In this document: piece by piece, positions 1 through 9,588 of the stretch | How the letters are laid out: every line of letters begins with the position of its first letter | Position numbering within the stretch: position 1 is the first letter of the stretch | Origin: Candidatus Levyibacteriota bacterium | GTDB lineage: Bacteria > Patescibacteriota > Microgenomatia > Levybacterales > UBA12049 | Length of the DNA stretch: 59,883 bases | Direction of reading: 5' to 3' | Assembly (NCBI GenBank): GCA_016182205.1 | Contig: JACOXW010000013.1 | Location: 1-59,883, forward strand | Program-made: the position numbers and the translations under genes | Notes under the pieces: model-generated | Told to the model about the DNA's origin: nothing | Database searches by the model: none | Seen by the model: the letters and a program-made list of their open reading frames with translations, nothing else

Positions 1-99
1 ACGTATCCATGATTCTCTCAATCAGTTCCCCAAACGCCTTTTGTCTGGCGAAGCGGGATCCCGCTAAACGGGATGCGTTGGATTATTCTTTGCGGAAGA

Positions 100-480
100 T
101 CAGTTGGCAGGCTTGGGCTTTTCCCACTGCGTCCTGATGGACATCAGGATGATGGTGGTCAGAACACCCCCTACGACACCTCCGTACAGCATCTCGTTCC
201 TCCACGGCGGCCCGGCGATCAAGCCGATCAGACAGACGTAGGAGAAACTGAAAAAAACGCTGGCGAGGAAGAAGTAGGCGAAATGCCCCAGGTGATTGCC
301 GAAGGCCATTTGTCGCTGTGACAATGGCGGTTGTCCGGCCGCTTTGGTCATGCGCAACATCTGATCCTGACTGACCTCGGGATGCCCCCTGTAGAAATGA
401 CTCCAGAAGACCATCCCTAAGCCCATGCCAAAGGGAGCGATGACTCCCATCCAGAGAACGAACCACTGATCAAGCGACAT
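100..480 (-). CDS. hypothetical small integral membrane protein (high-GC block)
   Basis: 126-aa ORF with about 3 hydrophobic helices. AAGGAG Shine-Dalgarno (rc of 487-492) lies 6 nt upstream of the ATG. GC-rich codon usage matches neighbours 499-1643. Preferred over the overlapping + strand ORF 73-321. Confidence 0.5.
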   Translation of the reverse strand: MSLDQWFVLWMGVIAPFGMGLGMVFWSHFYRGHPEVSQDQMLRMTKAAGQPPLSQRQMAFGNHLGHFAYFFLASVFFSFSYVCLIGLIAGPPWRNEMLYGGVVGGVLTTIILMSIRTQWEKPKPAN

Positions 481-498
481 GACTAACTCCTTTCAGTG

Positions 499-1143
499 CT
501 ACTTTCGTGGTCCCAGCCTGGGATGTGCCGCCGGCGCATACTGCCTAATTCTCCTGATCCGGGAGACAAGCACACAGAAGTTGAACAGGAACAGGAACAA
601 CAACGTAAAGCTCATGACCGTCTCGGGCGAATACGGTAGGACGAGTGTACCTCCCAGACCTCCCAAAAGGAATACCAGCCTTCCAGGATAGCCCAGAAAC
701 CACCGATCGTCCCAGTTGGGGTGAATTCCCTTCTCCTCGGCCGAAGCCTTGGAGAATGAAACCAGAAACCCCAGACCGAGGGCAAGCAGACCTACGAACT
801 GCTGTTCTACGCTTGTAAAGTGCATGATGTAGACCATCGTGATGGCTATCCCGAAAATTACTTCGTTGAGCCGATCACAGAATGTGTCCAACCACGCACC
901 ATAGGCAGAAGCGGTCCCCTTAAGACGTGCCAACGGCCCGTCAAAAGCGTCAGCCAAAAACCCCACGATCAGAATCATGAGCGTAAGCGATACCGACCGT
1001 GTGGACATCAAAACGAAGCTGGCAGTCGTGACGATCACAACACCAGCCATCGTGACAACGGTGGGAGCGACACCAAGTAGCATAAGGAGACGGGCTCCCG
1101 GCTGCTTGAGGTGACGCTCGATCCACGGCATCGGACTACGCAT
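499..1143 (-). CDS. CDP-alcohol phosphatidyltransferase family protein
   Basis: Exact family signature DG-x2-AR-x8-G-x3-D-x3-D in DAFDGPLARLKGTASAYGAWLDTFCD. Polytopic membrane protein. AAGGAGG SD upstream. High-GC codon usage. Confidence 0.85.
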   Translation of the reverse strand: MRSPMPWIERHLKQPGARLLMLLGVAPTVVTMAGVVIVTTASFVLMSTRSVSLTLMILIVGFLADAFDGPLARLKGTASAYGAWLDTFCDRLNEVIFGIAITMVYIMHFTSVEQQFVGLLALGLGFLVSFSKASAEEKGIHPNWDDRWFLGYPGRLVFLLGGLGGTLVLPYSPETVMSFTLLFLFLFNFCVLVSRIRRIRQYAPAAHPRLGPRK

Positions 1144-1235
1144 AATTTCCTCCTTATCCTTTCCATGTCAAACATCTACCGCAAGATGATGGCGCAAAGA
1201 GAGAGGGCAGTCCCTCTTCACACCAACCGCCACGG

Positions 1236-1643
1236 CTATTGCTTCCGATTGTCCCAAGCGGCTTTGCGTTCCTTCCTTTCCGTAGCAGACCTCTCCCGTC
1301 TTGCCTTCTCCGCGACCTTCTCCTTGGCGTTATTGAGCAACCAGTCCACGCCGAGCGCCAGGAGCGGTGTAACCACGCTCAAAAAGCTAGGGAGCTTCAG
1401 AACGTCTGCCAGGAGCCAAGACAGGCCCGCTGCCAGGATGAGGTACAACCCGACATCAAGAATCAGATCGTTCCTCCCCTTGCTGCCCAGCATCGACAGA
1501 GTTACCAAGAGACCGACCACTCCGCCGAGCACCATTCCCATCCAGCCTTGCTGCTGAAGATGTCCGGCGCCGACGAACAAGCCGACCCAAAGGGGGACGA
1601 GATAGACTAGGGACGTTTTCAGTCCTTCTCTTTCTCGATACAT
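1236..1643 (-). CDS. hypothetical membrane protein with basic C-terminal tail (high-GC block)
   Basis: 135-aa ORF with 3-4 hydrophobic segments and a Lys/Arg/Glu-rich tail. Same strand and composition as 499-1143. Confidence 0.5.
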   Translation of the reverse strand: MYREREGLKTSLVYLVPLWVGLFVGAGHLQQQGWMGMVLGGVVGLLVTLSMLGSKGRNDLILDVGLYLILAAGLSWLLADVLKLPSFLSVVTPLLALGVDWLLNNAKEKVAEKARRERSATERKERKAAWDNRKQ

Positions 1644-2088
1644 AATGACTCCAAGTCAGTGATTTTGTATCTTCGCTCCTGCCCTAACACAGATTTCTAT
1701 GAACAATCACAGAAACTTGCGTCAAGCGAAGATGAACGGAGACCGACCAAGATTTAGGATTTAAGATATAAGATTTAAGAAAAACATGGAATCTTGATCA
1801 AACTGCGTTCATCTTCTCACAAAAGCACACCCCACTCGCATAAAGTTTTGTGAGGCAAGCCATCCGTAATTTCAAAGAGCCCTGCAAAGCAGGGTCTGGT
1901 TTCACCAGACAAGAAAGTGATGAGTATCAGATCTGAGTTTTAAGTAGCAATCACTCAATTCCCAAGCCCTGCAAAGCAGAGCGTTATGGATACTCAAAAC
2001 TAATAAGCGGATTCTATCACCAGTAAGCTGAGAAATCAAAATTATAGGATAAAGTGGACTCGAAAGGGCGCCCTGCCCACCATAACTG

Positions 2089-2162
2089 TGGCCATTAAAG
2101 GATTCGAACCTTTGACCTTTCGCATGTGAAGCGAACGCTCTAACCAACTGAGCTAAATGGCC
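2089..2162 (-). tRNA. tRNA-Val (anticodon CAC)
   Basis: Manual cloverleaf on the minus strand: acceptor GGCCATT/AATGGCC; D arm GCTC/GAGC; anticodon stem TTCGC/GCGAA with loop TTCACAT; T arm AAAGG-TTCGAAT-CCTTT; discriminator A; no encoded CCA. 74 nt. Confidence 0.9.
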
Positions 2163-2264
2163 AATGCAGGCAGGTCTATCAACTGAGAAGGCGCTAGTAA
2201 GGCTAATACTAGCATATTTCTCTTTCATTGACAAAATGATCGTATATTTGCGACAATAAACTGT

Positions 2265-2837
2265 ATGGAAGAACAAGAACCACTTTCCCGCCGGATTATT
2301 TCTTTCCTCGTCGACGGCGCACAAACCATTTTGCTCGCTGCTACAGTTTTTTTGGTTATCTACATTTTCCTTTTTCGACCCTTTCAGGTTTCAGGGCTTT
2401 CTATGTATCCTAACTTTGATCACGGCGAGTTCGTATTGACCAGTCTTATATCAACACGCCTCGAAGATCCGAAGCGCGGCGATGTAATCGTATTTAAATC
2501 CCCAATTGATAAAGATAAAGACTATATAAAACGGGTCATTGCAATACCAGAAGATCGAGTGATGATCCAGGAAGGATCGGTGTATCTCAACGGAGAAAAA
2601 CTTGACGAGAGCAAATATCTTGCAGACGATGTAAAAACATACGGTGGCGGGTATATGCAAGAAGGGCAGGAGGTTACTGTCCCTGAAAATATGTATTTCA
2701 TGATGGGCGACAACAGATCCAACAGTTCCGACTCACGTGAGTGGGGACCGATTAAAAAGTCTGAGATTTTGGGGAAATCCATGTTTGTGTATTGGCCGGT
2801 TAACCACGCCCGGGCGGTAAAAAACCCGCAGCAATAA
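2265..2837 (+). CDS. lepB: signal peptidase I
   Basis: N-terminal TM helix. Catalytic Ser box SGLSMYPN, Lys box YIKRVIAIPED, and GDNRSNSSDSR box. Confidence 0.9.
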   Translation: MEEQEPLSRRIISFLVDGAQTILLAATVFLVIYIFLFRPFQVSGLSMYPNFDHGEFVLTSLISTRLEDPKRGDVIVFKSPIDKDKDYIKRVIAIPEDRVMIQEGSVYLNGEKLDESKYLADDVKTYGGGYMQEGQEVTVPENMYFMMGDNRSNSSDSREWGPIKKSEILGKSMFVYWPVNHARAVKNPQQ

Positions 2838-2841
2838 AGAG

Positions 2842-3687
2842 TTACGAAGCTTCAGGTACCGTAGTTTCCCCTTGATCCAAAAGTCCGTAGATTTCTTTTA
2901 TTTTAGGGGTAGTTTTTTCCGGATCGCCCCTTATTACAAGTACTAACCTGGCAAGACTTCGTGACTGAAAAACGTCCACCTTATCAAGACCACGCTTTTT
3001 CTGTATTTTTTCTCCGATTTCATCCAGCTCCGGAATATGAAGTCTGTCTTGTTTTGTTCTGGGTTCTTTTTTCTCCACTTCGGCTTTCACTGCCCGTGCC
3101 ATGTCTTCTGTTTGCCGGACTGTACTACTCTCCCTCAGAATCCGTTTGAAAAGATCCAGCATAAGCTTGGGGTCACCAAGCGATATGAGGGGACGAACAT
3201 GTCCTTCGCTGATGACACCCGCAACAAGCGCGTCTTTTATCGCGTCAGGCAAGGATAAAAGCCGAATGGTATTTGAAACAGCCGGAGCACTTTTACCAAC
3301 ACGCTTGGCAACTTCATTTGTTCCCAACCCGAATTCATCAATAAGGCGCTTGTATGCCAATGCACGCTCTATGGGATTTAAGTCCTCACGTTGCACATTC
3401 TCCACAATGGACATCTCAAGCATACCCTGCGGTGTCGTCTCAATAACCCGGACTGGAATTTTCTCAAAACCCAATATTTTTGCAGCGCGGAATCGTCTTT
3501 CTCCTGCAATTATCTGATATCCGGCGGGGGTTTTAGCAATAACAAGCGGCTCTAAAATTCCTTGTTCACGAATGGAATCTACCAGATCAGTAAGAGATTC
3601 AGGCGTTATAACTCCTCTAGGCTGGAGCGGATTTGCCTGTAACATGTTTACTTCAATTTCGTGTATTTCGTTTATTGATTTATCCAC
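2842..3687 (-). CDS. parB: ParB/Spo0J-like partition protein
   Basis: ParB N-terminal box [18 protein letters not shown] region [21 protein letters not shown]. Confidence 0.85.
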   Translation of the reverse strand: MDKSINEIHEIEVNMLQANPLQPRGVITPESLTDLVDSIREQGILEPLVIAKTPAGYQIIAGERRFRAAKILGFEKIPVRVIETTPQGMLEMSIVENVQREDLNPIERALAYKRLIDEFGLGTNEVAKRVGKSAPAVSNTIRLLSLPDAIKDALVAGVISEGHVRPLISLGDPKLMLDLFKRILRESSTVRQTEDMARAVKAEVEKKEPRTKQDRLHIPELDEIGEKIQKKRGLDKVDVFQSRSLARLVLVIRGDPEKTTPKIKEIYGLLDQGETTVPEAS

Positions 3688-3931
3688 GACTTACTTCTAC
3701 AATTTTTTTACCGCGGAGCATCTTGAAATTAACAATTCCGTCTGTCAGCGCAAAAAGAGTAAAATCTTTTCCCATAGATACACCGTTTCCGGGAAAGAAT
3801 TTGTTTCCTTTTTGTCGCACAAGAATATTTCCGGCTTTTGCATTCTGACCACCGTATAACTTTACCCCAAGCCGTTTTGAAATTGAATCTCTATTTCCTT
3901 TTACTGAGCCTTGCGCTTTTGTATGTGCCAT
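3680..3931 (-). CDS. rpmA: 50S ribosomal protein L27
   Basis: [16 protein letters not shown]...[15 protein letters not shown] is classic L27. Confidence 0.95.
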   Translation of the reverse strand: MAHTKAQGSVKGNRDSISKRLGVKLYGGQNAKAGNILVRQKGNKFFPGNGVSMGKDFTLFALTDGIVNFKMLRGKKIVEVSRG

Positions 3932-4012
3932 ATTCTAGTTATAAGTGCTAAGTTATAAGTTATTTAGTAACTTGTGAAATCGCAATCATTGTATGTGTTC
4001 TTTTCACAGATG

Positions 4013-4414
4013 TCAAGCGACTTTTTTACTCCTTGTTTTCCGAGCCGGTTTTTCTTCTTTTTGCTCTTTTGTGACCTTTTTTTCGTTTTTTAATCCGATT
4101 GACTCAATTTTTACTGCTGAAAGTAGCTGACGATGCCCGTGAACTTTTCTGTATCTTACTTTTGCCCTAAAAGTAGCGACACGGATTTTTTTGCTTTTTT
4201 TCTCTTCAATGATTGTTCCGGCTACGGAAACATCCGGTACTTTTGGTGAACCGATGAGGACGGTTTTTGGATCGTTGGATACGTACAAAAGTACATCATC
4301 AAAATTAACAGCCTCTTTAGGTTTTTTATCAAGATGCTCAATTTCTATTACATCACCTTCAGATACTTTGTATTGTTTCCCCCCTGTTTGAATAACGGCG
4401 TATTTCATAGACAA
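4013..4414 (-). CDS. rplU: 50S ribosomal protein L21 with Lys-rich C-terminal extension
   Basis: MKYAVIQTGGKQYKVSEGDVIEIE is the L21 signature start. Lies adjacent to rpmA. Confidence 0.95.
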   Translation of the reverse strand: MSMKYAVIQTGGKQYKVSEGDVIEIEHLDKKPKEAVNFDDVLLYVSNDPKTVLIGSPKVPDVSVAGTIIEEKKSKKIRVATFRAKVRYRKVHGHRQLLSAVKIESIGLKNEKKVTKEQKEEKPARKTRSKKVA

Positions 4415-4431
4415 TGATTATAACAAATTTA

Positions 4432-5514
4432 TCAGCGTATTTCCAGCGTATCTCGTCGATGGAGATTTGTACTCAAAGAGGAAAGAAGACCCAGCAAAAT
4501 AAAATTGGAAAGAATTGAGCTACCGCCATATGAAACAAATGGGAGTGTTACGCCAACTACAGGTACTATGCCGATATTCATACCGATATTCACAAAGAAC
4601 TGCACTAAAAACAATGAGAACGCAAGAATACAAAACGTTTTATAATACAAATCTTCTGAATTATGGTATATGGTAATTATTCTAAAAAAAAGAAAGCCAA
4701 AGGCTACAAAAAGTATTATCCCGCCCAAAAGCCCAAAACTTTCAGAAAGTGTTGCAAAAATAAAATCTGTATGTTTTTCCGGTAGAAAAAGGAGTCCCGA
4801 CTGCGTACCCTCACCTATTCCCTTTCCAAAAATTCCTCCTGATCCCACGGCGATCATTGATTGGATTGCGTTATAAGAAGTTCCCAACGGATCACTGGTG
4901 GGATTTATAAAAGTTAAAATGCGCTGCCTCTGGTAATCATGCAAAAACTTCCAGAAAAAAGGCATACACACTGCTGCAAGTACCCCTCCACCAACAAACC
5001 ATACCAGCGGAAACCCGAAAATAACAAGTGTCAATAAAGCAACCAGCATGTAAATAATGGCATTGCCCAAATCCGGTTGTACTGTTATAAGAAACGCAAC
5101 CGGCAAAAGAAGTAATCCGCTCAGTGCAAATTCTTTGAATGATTTTTGTTTTACACCTGCAAGAAAAGTAGAAAATGAAACGGCCAGAAAAGGTTTGAGA
5201 ATTTCGGAGAACTGAATACGTATGCCCAAAATTTCTATCCACCGAACTGCTCCCCTACTTTCAATTCCTAATATAAGAACAAAAAGCAAAAGAATTATTG
5301 AGACAACATAGATACCCAGCGAGTAATGCCGTATCACATCGTAGTTAATATTTGTAACCAGAATAAATATAACTAAAGAAAGCAAAAAAAAGAAAAGCTG
5401 GTTTTTGAAAAAAACAGGATTTATAGAAAAAAGAACAGTAAGACTGAAAAAGACAAGAACTGTTACAGGGACTAAAAGCCCCCAGTCAACATGGGAAAAT
5501 AACCCTCTGGTCAT
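4432..5514 (-). CDS. rodA: SEDS family peptidoglycan polymerase (RodA-like)
   Basis: FtsW/RodA/SpoVE motifs QPDLGNA, PEKHTDFIFA and LPFVSYGGSS. 10-TM-like profile. A second SEDS gene (ftsW) sits in the dcw cluster. Confidence 0.85.
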   Translation of the reverse strand: MTRGLFSHVDWGLLVPVTVLVFFSLTVLFSINPVFFKNQLFFFLLSLVIFILVTNINYDVIRHYSLGIYVVSIILLLFVLILGIESRGAVRWIEILGIRIQFSEILKPFLAVSFSTFLAGVKQKSFKEFALSGLLLLPVAFLITVQPDLGNAIIYMLVALLTLVIFGFPLVWFVGGGVLAAVCMPFFWKFLHDYQRQRILTFINPTSDPLGTSYNAIQSMIAVGSGGIFGKGIGEGTQSGLLFLPEKHTDFIFATLSESFGLLGGIILFVAFGFLFFRIITIYHNSEDLYYKTFCILAFSLFLVQFFVNIGMNIGIVPVVGVTLPFVSYGGSSILSNFILLGLLSSLSTNLHRRDTLEIR

Positions 5515-8396
5515 ATTTTTTGGACAGAAAAAACACTACCTTCAGTAAGATTACGAACAAGCGCTTTCCTCGTTATTTCCTCTTCAAATTCCTTCGGCCA
5601 TTCAGGAAGAGTTACGTTTACGTATTCATCTAAACTTGTACCAAGCTTTTTCCTCTCCTCCTGAATTTTCCTGACGATATCCCGCGCTTCCCCTTCTTTT
5701 TTCAAAGCTTCAGTAATTGTTGTATCCAGTTCAACAACGAGTGCTCCATCTCCTTTTTTGAATCCAAGCTCTTTAATATTTAATTCATCTTTCAATACTT
5801 GTGCGAGTTTTTCCCAAAGCTTTTGAATTGCTTCAGGCCGTTTTTCTAATGGTTTGACATTTGCTTCCCCTATTACAGTAAGTTTTTGAAGTGATTGTCT
5901 TAGTTTTATATTTGCCGCTTTTCGCTGTGCATGCCCAAGTTCTACAATCTTTCTAACAATCGCCATTTCTTCGATTAATTTTAAATATTTTACTTTGATT
6001 TCTGAATTCTCTTGCGGCCAGTCGGTCAGATGCACTGATTCTTCTCCGGTGAGATTTTTATATATCTCTTCTGCCAAAAACGGCGTGATGGGAGCAAGCA
6101 TTTTGGCAAGTGTTGTCAAAACAGTATAAGTCGTCTCATAAAATGCTTGCTTGTCTTTTTCATCATCTGCAGTTGGACCAACTCTGTCTCTGCTTCTTCT
6201 GATATACCATGTGGATAAATCATTAACAAACTTTTCAACTTTTTCAATTGCTTTAATAGTGTCGTACTTTTCTAGATCTTCTGTTTCCTCTATTATTAAA
6301 CGGTTTAACAAACTTAAAATCCACTGATCTAAAACATTTTCCGAAACTTTGAACTTTGCATTTTGTACTTTGAACTTATCGATGTTTGCATAACTGACAA
6401 AGAAATTATAAACATTCCATAAAATAAGCATTGTTCCTTTTACCTGATTTCTATACTGTTCTTCCGATATTACAGTATCTTCTCCTTGAACAACCGGACT
6501 TTTCATAAGATACAATCTCAATGCGTCTGCGCCGTATTTCTCAAGCATTTCCTTTGGATCAGGGTAATTTCCGAAGTTCTTACTCATTTTTCGCCCATCC
6601 GTCCCCAAAATAACACCATTAACCAAAACATTTTTAAATGCTTCCACCTGATAGAGAGCATTTGAAATAACGTGAAGTACGTAAAACCATGCTCTGATTT
6701 GTCCTGTATACTCAACGATAAAATCCGGAGGATAAAAGTCTTCAAGTTTTTGAGATGCAAACGATTTACCCTGAGCAAAGTCGAAGGGATAATGCCTTTC
6801 ACCAAATGACGCACTTCCTGCTTCTATCCAGCTATCAAGGACTTCAGGTACCCTTCGTGCTTTTTTTTCACATTTCAAACAAGGAATAATTATTTCATCA
6901 ATTCCCGGTTTGTGTAAATCTGTAACTTTTTTTCCGCTTAAATCTTCAAGTTCCTGAATTGATCCAGGCACATACCGCTCACCACACTCACACTCCCAAA
7001 CAGGAACTGGAGAACCCCAATACCTATTGCGGGAAATATTCCAATCAGGTGCGTTTTGAAGACTTTTTAAAAACCGTCCATGTTTAAAATGAGAGGGAAC
7101 CCAATTTACGCGCTCATTGGTTTTTTTCATCTGATCTTTTAGCGTCGCTACATTCACATACCATGCATTAATAGGTGCATAATATAACCTCGTGTGACAA
7201 CGCCAACACAATGGAATATTATGAGGCAATTTCTCATCTTTATATATCAACCCGCGATCTGCCAAATCTTTATTCACTGCCTCATTTGCTTTCAAATAAT
7301 ACATTCCACCAAATTTCGGCACATCAGGTTTTATCACACCTACATCATCCAAATGCATTTCTATATGGATGTTGTTTTCCCCCATTGCTTTCAAATCTTC
7401 CTCACCGTATGCTGCAATTGTTACGACACCTGTCCCTTCATCTGCTGTTACAAAATCCCCACCGATTATTTCGAATGCTTTTTCTCCAGGAGCTATTGGA
7501 TAGTAATCATAATGCGGCTCAAACTTCAAGCCGATCAAATCCTTTCCTTCAAACTCCTCAACAATATCATGCTGAACTTGTTTCAGCATCTTCACTGTAG
7601 TCTTTGCGAGGATATAATACTCGTCTCCTTCTTTTACCTTTACATACGTCAGCTTTGGATTTACTGCCAGCGCAGGAGTGATTATTTTGTTCCATGGCGT
7701 GGTAGACCAAGCTAAAATATATGTTTTTAGTTTTTCGTTTTCAGTTTTTAGTTCGTACTTATACGTCGTTGCGACATCAATAATTTCTTTATAATTATCC
7801 GCATCCATTGCGACTTCAAAGTTGGAGATTGGTGTGGCACAATGTGGACAGTATAGAGAAACTTTCAGGCCTTTGTAGATAAGCTTCTTTTCATACATCT
7901 TTTTAAATACCCACATGACCGTTTCCATATACGGTGTGTCCCACGTTCTGTATGCATGTTCAAAATCTACCCATCTTGCTACCCGATCAACGTACCATTC
8001 CCATTCATTTGTAACTGAATCCAGGTATTTTTTGCATTCGTCTATGAATACCTTCACTCCTATTTTTTCTTCAATTTCTTTTTTCGTTTTTATACCTAGC
8101 TTTACTTCAACTTTATTTTCAACCGGCAACCCATGTCCATCCCATCCCCACACTCTTCTAACACGATATCCTTTCATAGTCCAAAATCGGGGAAAAAGAT
8201 CTTTTGCAATTGTTGTTAATAAGTGACCGTAATGCGGAAGCCCCGTAACAAAAGGCGGCCCATCGAGAAATGTCCAGGTTTTATCCTTTGGGCGGTTTTC
8301 AATAGATTTTTCAAAAGTCTTATTTTCTTTCCAGAACGAGAGAATTTCTTCTTCTAGTTTTGGAAAATCAACTTTCGGCGAAACTGGTTTGAACAT
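5511..8396 (-). CDS. ileS: isoleucyl-tRNA synthetase (type 2-like)
   Basis: HIGH-type motif PHYGH near the N-terminus and KMSKN motif. CP1 editing-domain length. N-terminus FLDGPPFVTGLPHYGH is typical of IleS. Confidence 0.95.
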   Translation of the reverse strand: MFKPVSPKVDFPKLEEEILSFWKENKTFEKSIENRPKDKTWTFLDGPPFVTGLPHYGHLLTTIAKDLFPRFWTMKGYRVRRVWGWDGHGLPVENKVEVKLGIKTKKEIEEKIGVKVFIDECKKYLDSVTNEWEWYVDRVARWVDFEHAYRTWDTPYMETVMWVFKKMYEKKLIYKGLKVSLYCPHCATPISNFEVAMDADNYKEIIDVATTYKYELKTENEKLKTYILAWSTTPWNKIITPALAVNPKLTYVKVKEGDEYYILAKTTVKMLKQVQHDIVEEFEGKDLIGLKFEPHYDYYPIAPGEKAFEIIGGDFVTADEGTGVVTIAAYGEEDLKAMGENNIHIEMHLDDVGVIKPDVPKFGGMYYLKANEAVNKDLADRGLIYKDEKLPHNIPLCWRCHTRLYYAPINAWYVNVATLKDQMKKTNERVNWVPSHFKHGRFLKSLQNAPDWNISRNRYWGSPVPVWECECGERYVPGSIQELEDLSGKKVTDLHKPGIDEIIIPCLKCEKKARRVPEVLDSWIEAGSASFGERHYPFDFAQGKSFASQKLEDFYPPDFIVEYTGQIRAWFYVLHVISNALYQVEAFKNVLVNGVILGTDGRKMSKNFGNYPDPKEMLEKYGADALRLYLMKSPVVQGEDTVISEEQYRNQVKGTMLILWNVYNFFVSYANIDKFKVQNAKFKVSENVLDQWILSLLNRLIIEETEDLEKYDTIKAIEKVEKFVNDLSTWYIRRSRDRVGPTADDEKDKQAFYETTYTVLTTLAKMLAPITPFLAEEIYKNLTGEESVHLTDWPQENSEIKVKYLKLIEEMAIVRKIVELGHAQRKAANIKLRQSLQKLTVIGEANVKPLEKRPEAIQKLWEKLAQVLKDELNIKELGFKKGDGALVVELDTTITEALKKEGEARDIVRKIQEERKKLGTSLDEYVNVTLPEWPKEFEEEITRKALVRNLTEGSVFSVQKI

Positions 8397-8438
8397 GAGT
8401 TTAATTGTAGCTGAAACTGAAGGCTAGTTCAAGCATGT

Positions 8439-8467
8439 TTGCTTTAAATTTCATACAGGTGTATACT
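8439..8467 (+). promoter_or_regulatory. sigma70-like promoter TTGCTT-N17-TATACT, leaderless geometry
   Basis: -35 at 8439-8444 and -10 at 8462-8467. The ATG of the next ORF is at 8475, 7 nt after the -10. No SD. Confidence 0.4.
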
Positions 8468-8474
8468 ATAAGAC

Positions 8475-9557
8475 ATGTATCACACTGTTTTCTCACCGAT
8501 GTTACCTATAAAATCGTTTTATCTTTATCTAACGTTGACACTTTTGACGCTTTTTACCATAATGACTGATACAATCACCTATCCGGGATTTCTGAAAAAA
8601 CATGTTCTACTAGACACAAATATTCTTTTCATTTTATTTCTTGTAACCAGCGTATACATTTTTTTTCTTCCGGGAAAGATAGATTTCAGCACATTACAAC
8701 CGATAAAAAAACTTAATTCTTTCATCTTACTGCCGGTTATAGCTGTTTTCACTTTTATTTTTACCTTTGCAGATTTCTTCCTCTATCCTAATTTTACCTT
8801 CAGCACTTTCCACATTCATTACTCACAGTTTCTTTATCTGCTATTAATAAGCACCGGACTTGCTCTAGTAACCATTGACAGACAGTTATTGAAAAGAAGA
8901 AAACATGCTTTAATTTTTTCCGGTGCGTTCTTCCTGCTTTTCATCGGAATTTGTATCTGGCTTTGGCCCAACGGAGCCTTTTTTGAGTTGAGCAAGGAAG
9001 ACCGACTTTTTGAAAATTTACAGTTTTTATTTTTCTCACTATCCACTATTCTTGCCGCACTTATAACCAAACATTTTTTCAACAAAGATCTAAAGCACAT
9101 AGCTATCCTCTTTTTTTTCATAACAATGTTTTTGTTTTTTGTTTCGGGAGAAGAAATAGCATGGGGACAACGGATTTTCCATATCGAATCCCCTGCTATC
9201 ATGAAGGAGAACAACACCCAGCATGAGCTAACACTGCACAACCTAAAAGCTATAAACCAATACCAATATCTTTTATACATGTTACTCGGCGCCTATGGAG
9301 CATTTTCATGGATAATTTCCAGCTTCTTTCCGTACAAGAAAATACGGGACTTCCTTCACAATATTTCAATCCCATGGTTTGCCGCACCGTATTTTTTGCC
9401 GATTTTTCTTTTCTATCTATACGTCAACTTTATAGGCGGTAAACGCTGGGAATGGCAAGAATTTTCAGAACTGCTGTTGGCACTAGGAATTACAATCTTT
9501 CTTCTCGTTACTTATATAGCATATAAACCTACTAAATTGAAATTACTTACCGGGTAA
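8475..9557 (+). CDS. hypothetical polytopic membrane protein
   Basis: 360-aa ORF, very hydrophobic (about 9-10 helices), host-like AT-rich codon usage. No motif recognised. Confidence 0.5.
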   Translation: MYHTVFSPMLPIKSFYLYLTLTLLTLFTIMTDTITYPGFLKKHVLLDTNILFILFLVTSVYIFFLPGKIDFSTLQPIKKLNSFILLPVIAVFTFIFTFADFFLYPNFTFSTFHIHYSQFLYLLLISTGLALVTIDRQLLKRRKHALIFSGAFFLLFIGICIWLWPNGAFFELSKEDRLFENLQFLFFSLSTILAALITKHFFNKDLKHIAILFFFITMFLFFVSGEEIAWGQRIFHIESPAIMKENNTQHELTLHNLKAINQYQYLLYMLLGAYGAFSWIISSFFPYKKIRDFLHNISIPWFAAPYFLPIFLFYLYVNFIGGKRWEWQEFSELLLALGITIFLLVTYIAYKPTKLKLLTG

Positions 9558-9588
9558 GCCCGCTCAGTTTCTGATATACTATTTTTCT

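Noticed and set aside
1751-1779. GATTTA(G/A)G repeats, considered as a CRISPR array or iterons.
   Set aside because: The units are 7-8 nt with irregular spacing and only three copies, so they are far too short for CRISPR. The region is kept only as part of the structured-spacer observation. No CRISPR-like array exists anywhere in the window.
1902-2324. 140-aa minus-strand ORF in the ORF track.
   Set aside because: It overlaps the tRNA-Val gene and the lepB start, and its translation shows no coding character.
2729-2746. parS-like palindrome CTCACGTGAG inside lepB, next to parB.
   Set aside because: Only the central TCACGTGA core matches. The flanks do not fit the parS consensus TGTTNCACGTGAAACA. 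I saw no better parS candidate.
3932-4012. Direct repeat AGTTATAAGT x2 between rplU and rpmA, and the absence of the ysxB-like protease gene often found there.
   Set aside because: L27 here starts directly at the mature-type MAHTKA, so no processing protease is expected. The repeat is short and AT-rich.
8397-8474. T-box or other leader upstream of ileS.
   Set aside because: The divergent intergenic region is only 78 nt and is largely occupied by the promoter for the + strand gene. There is no room for specifier or terminator helices.
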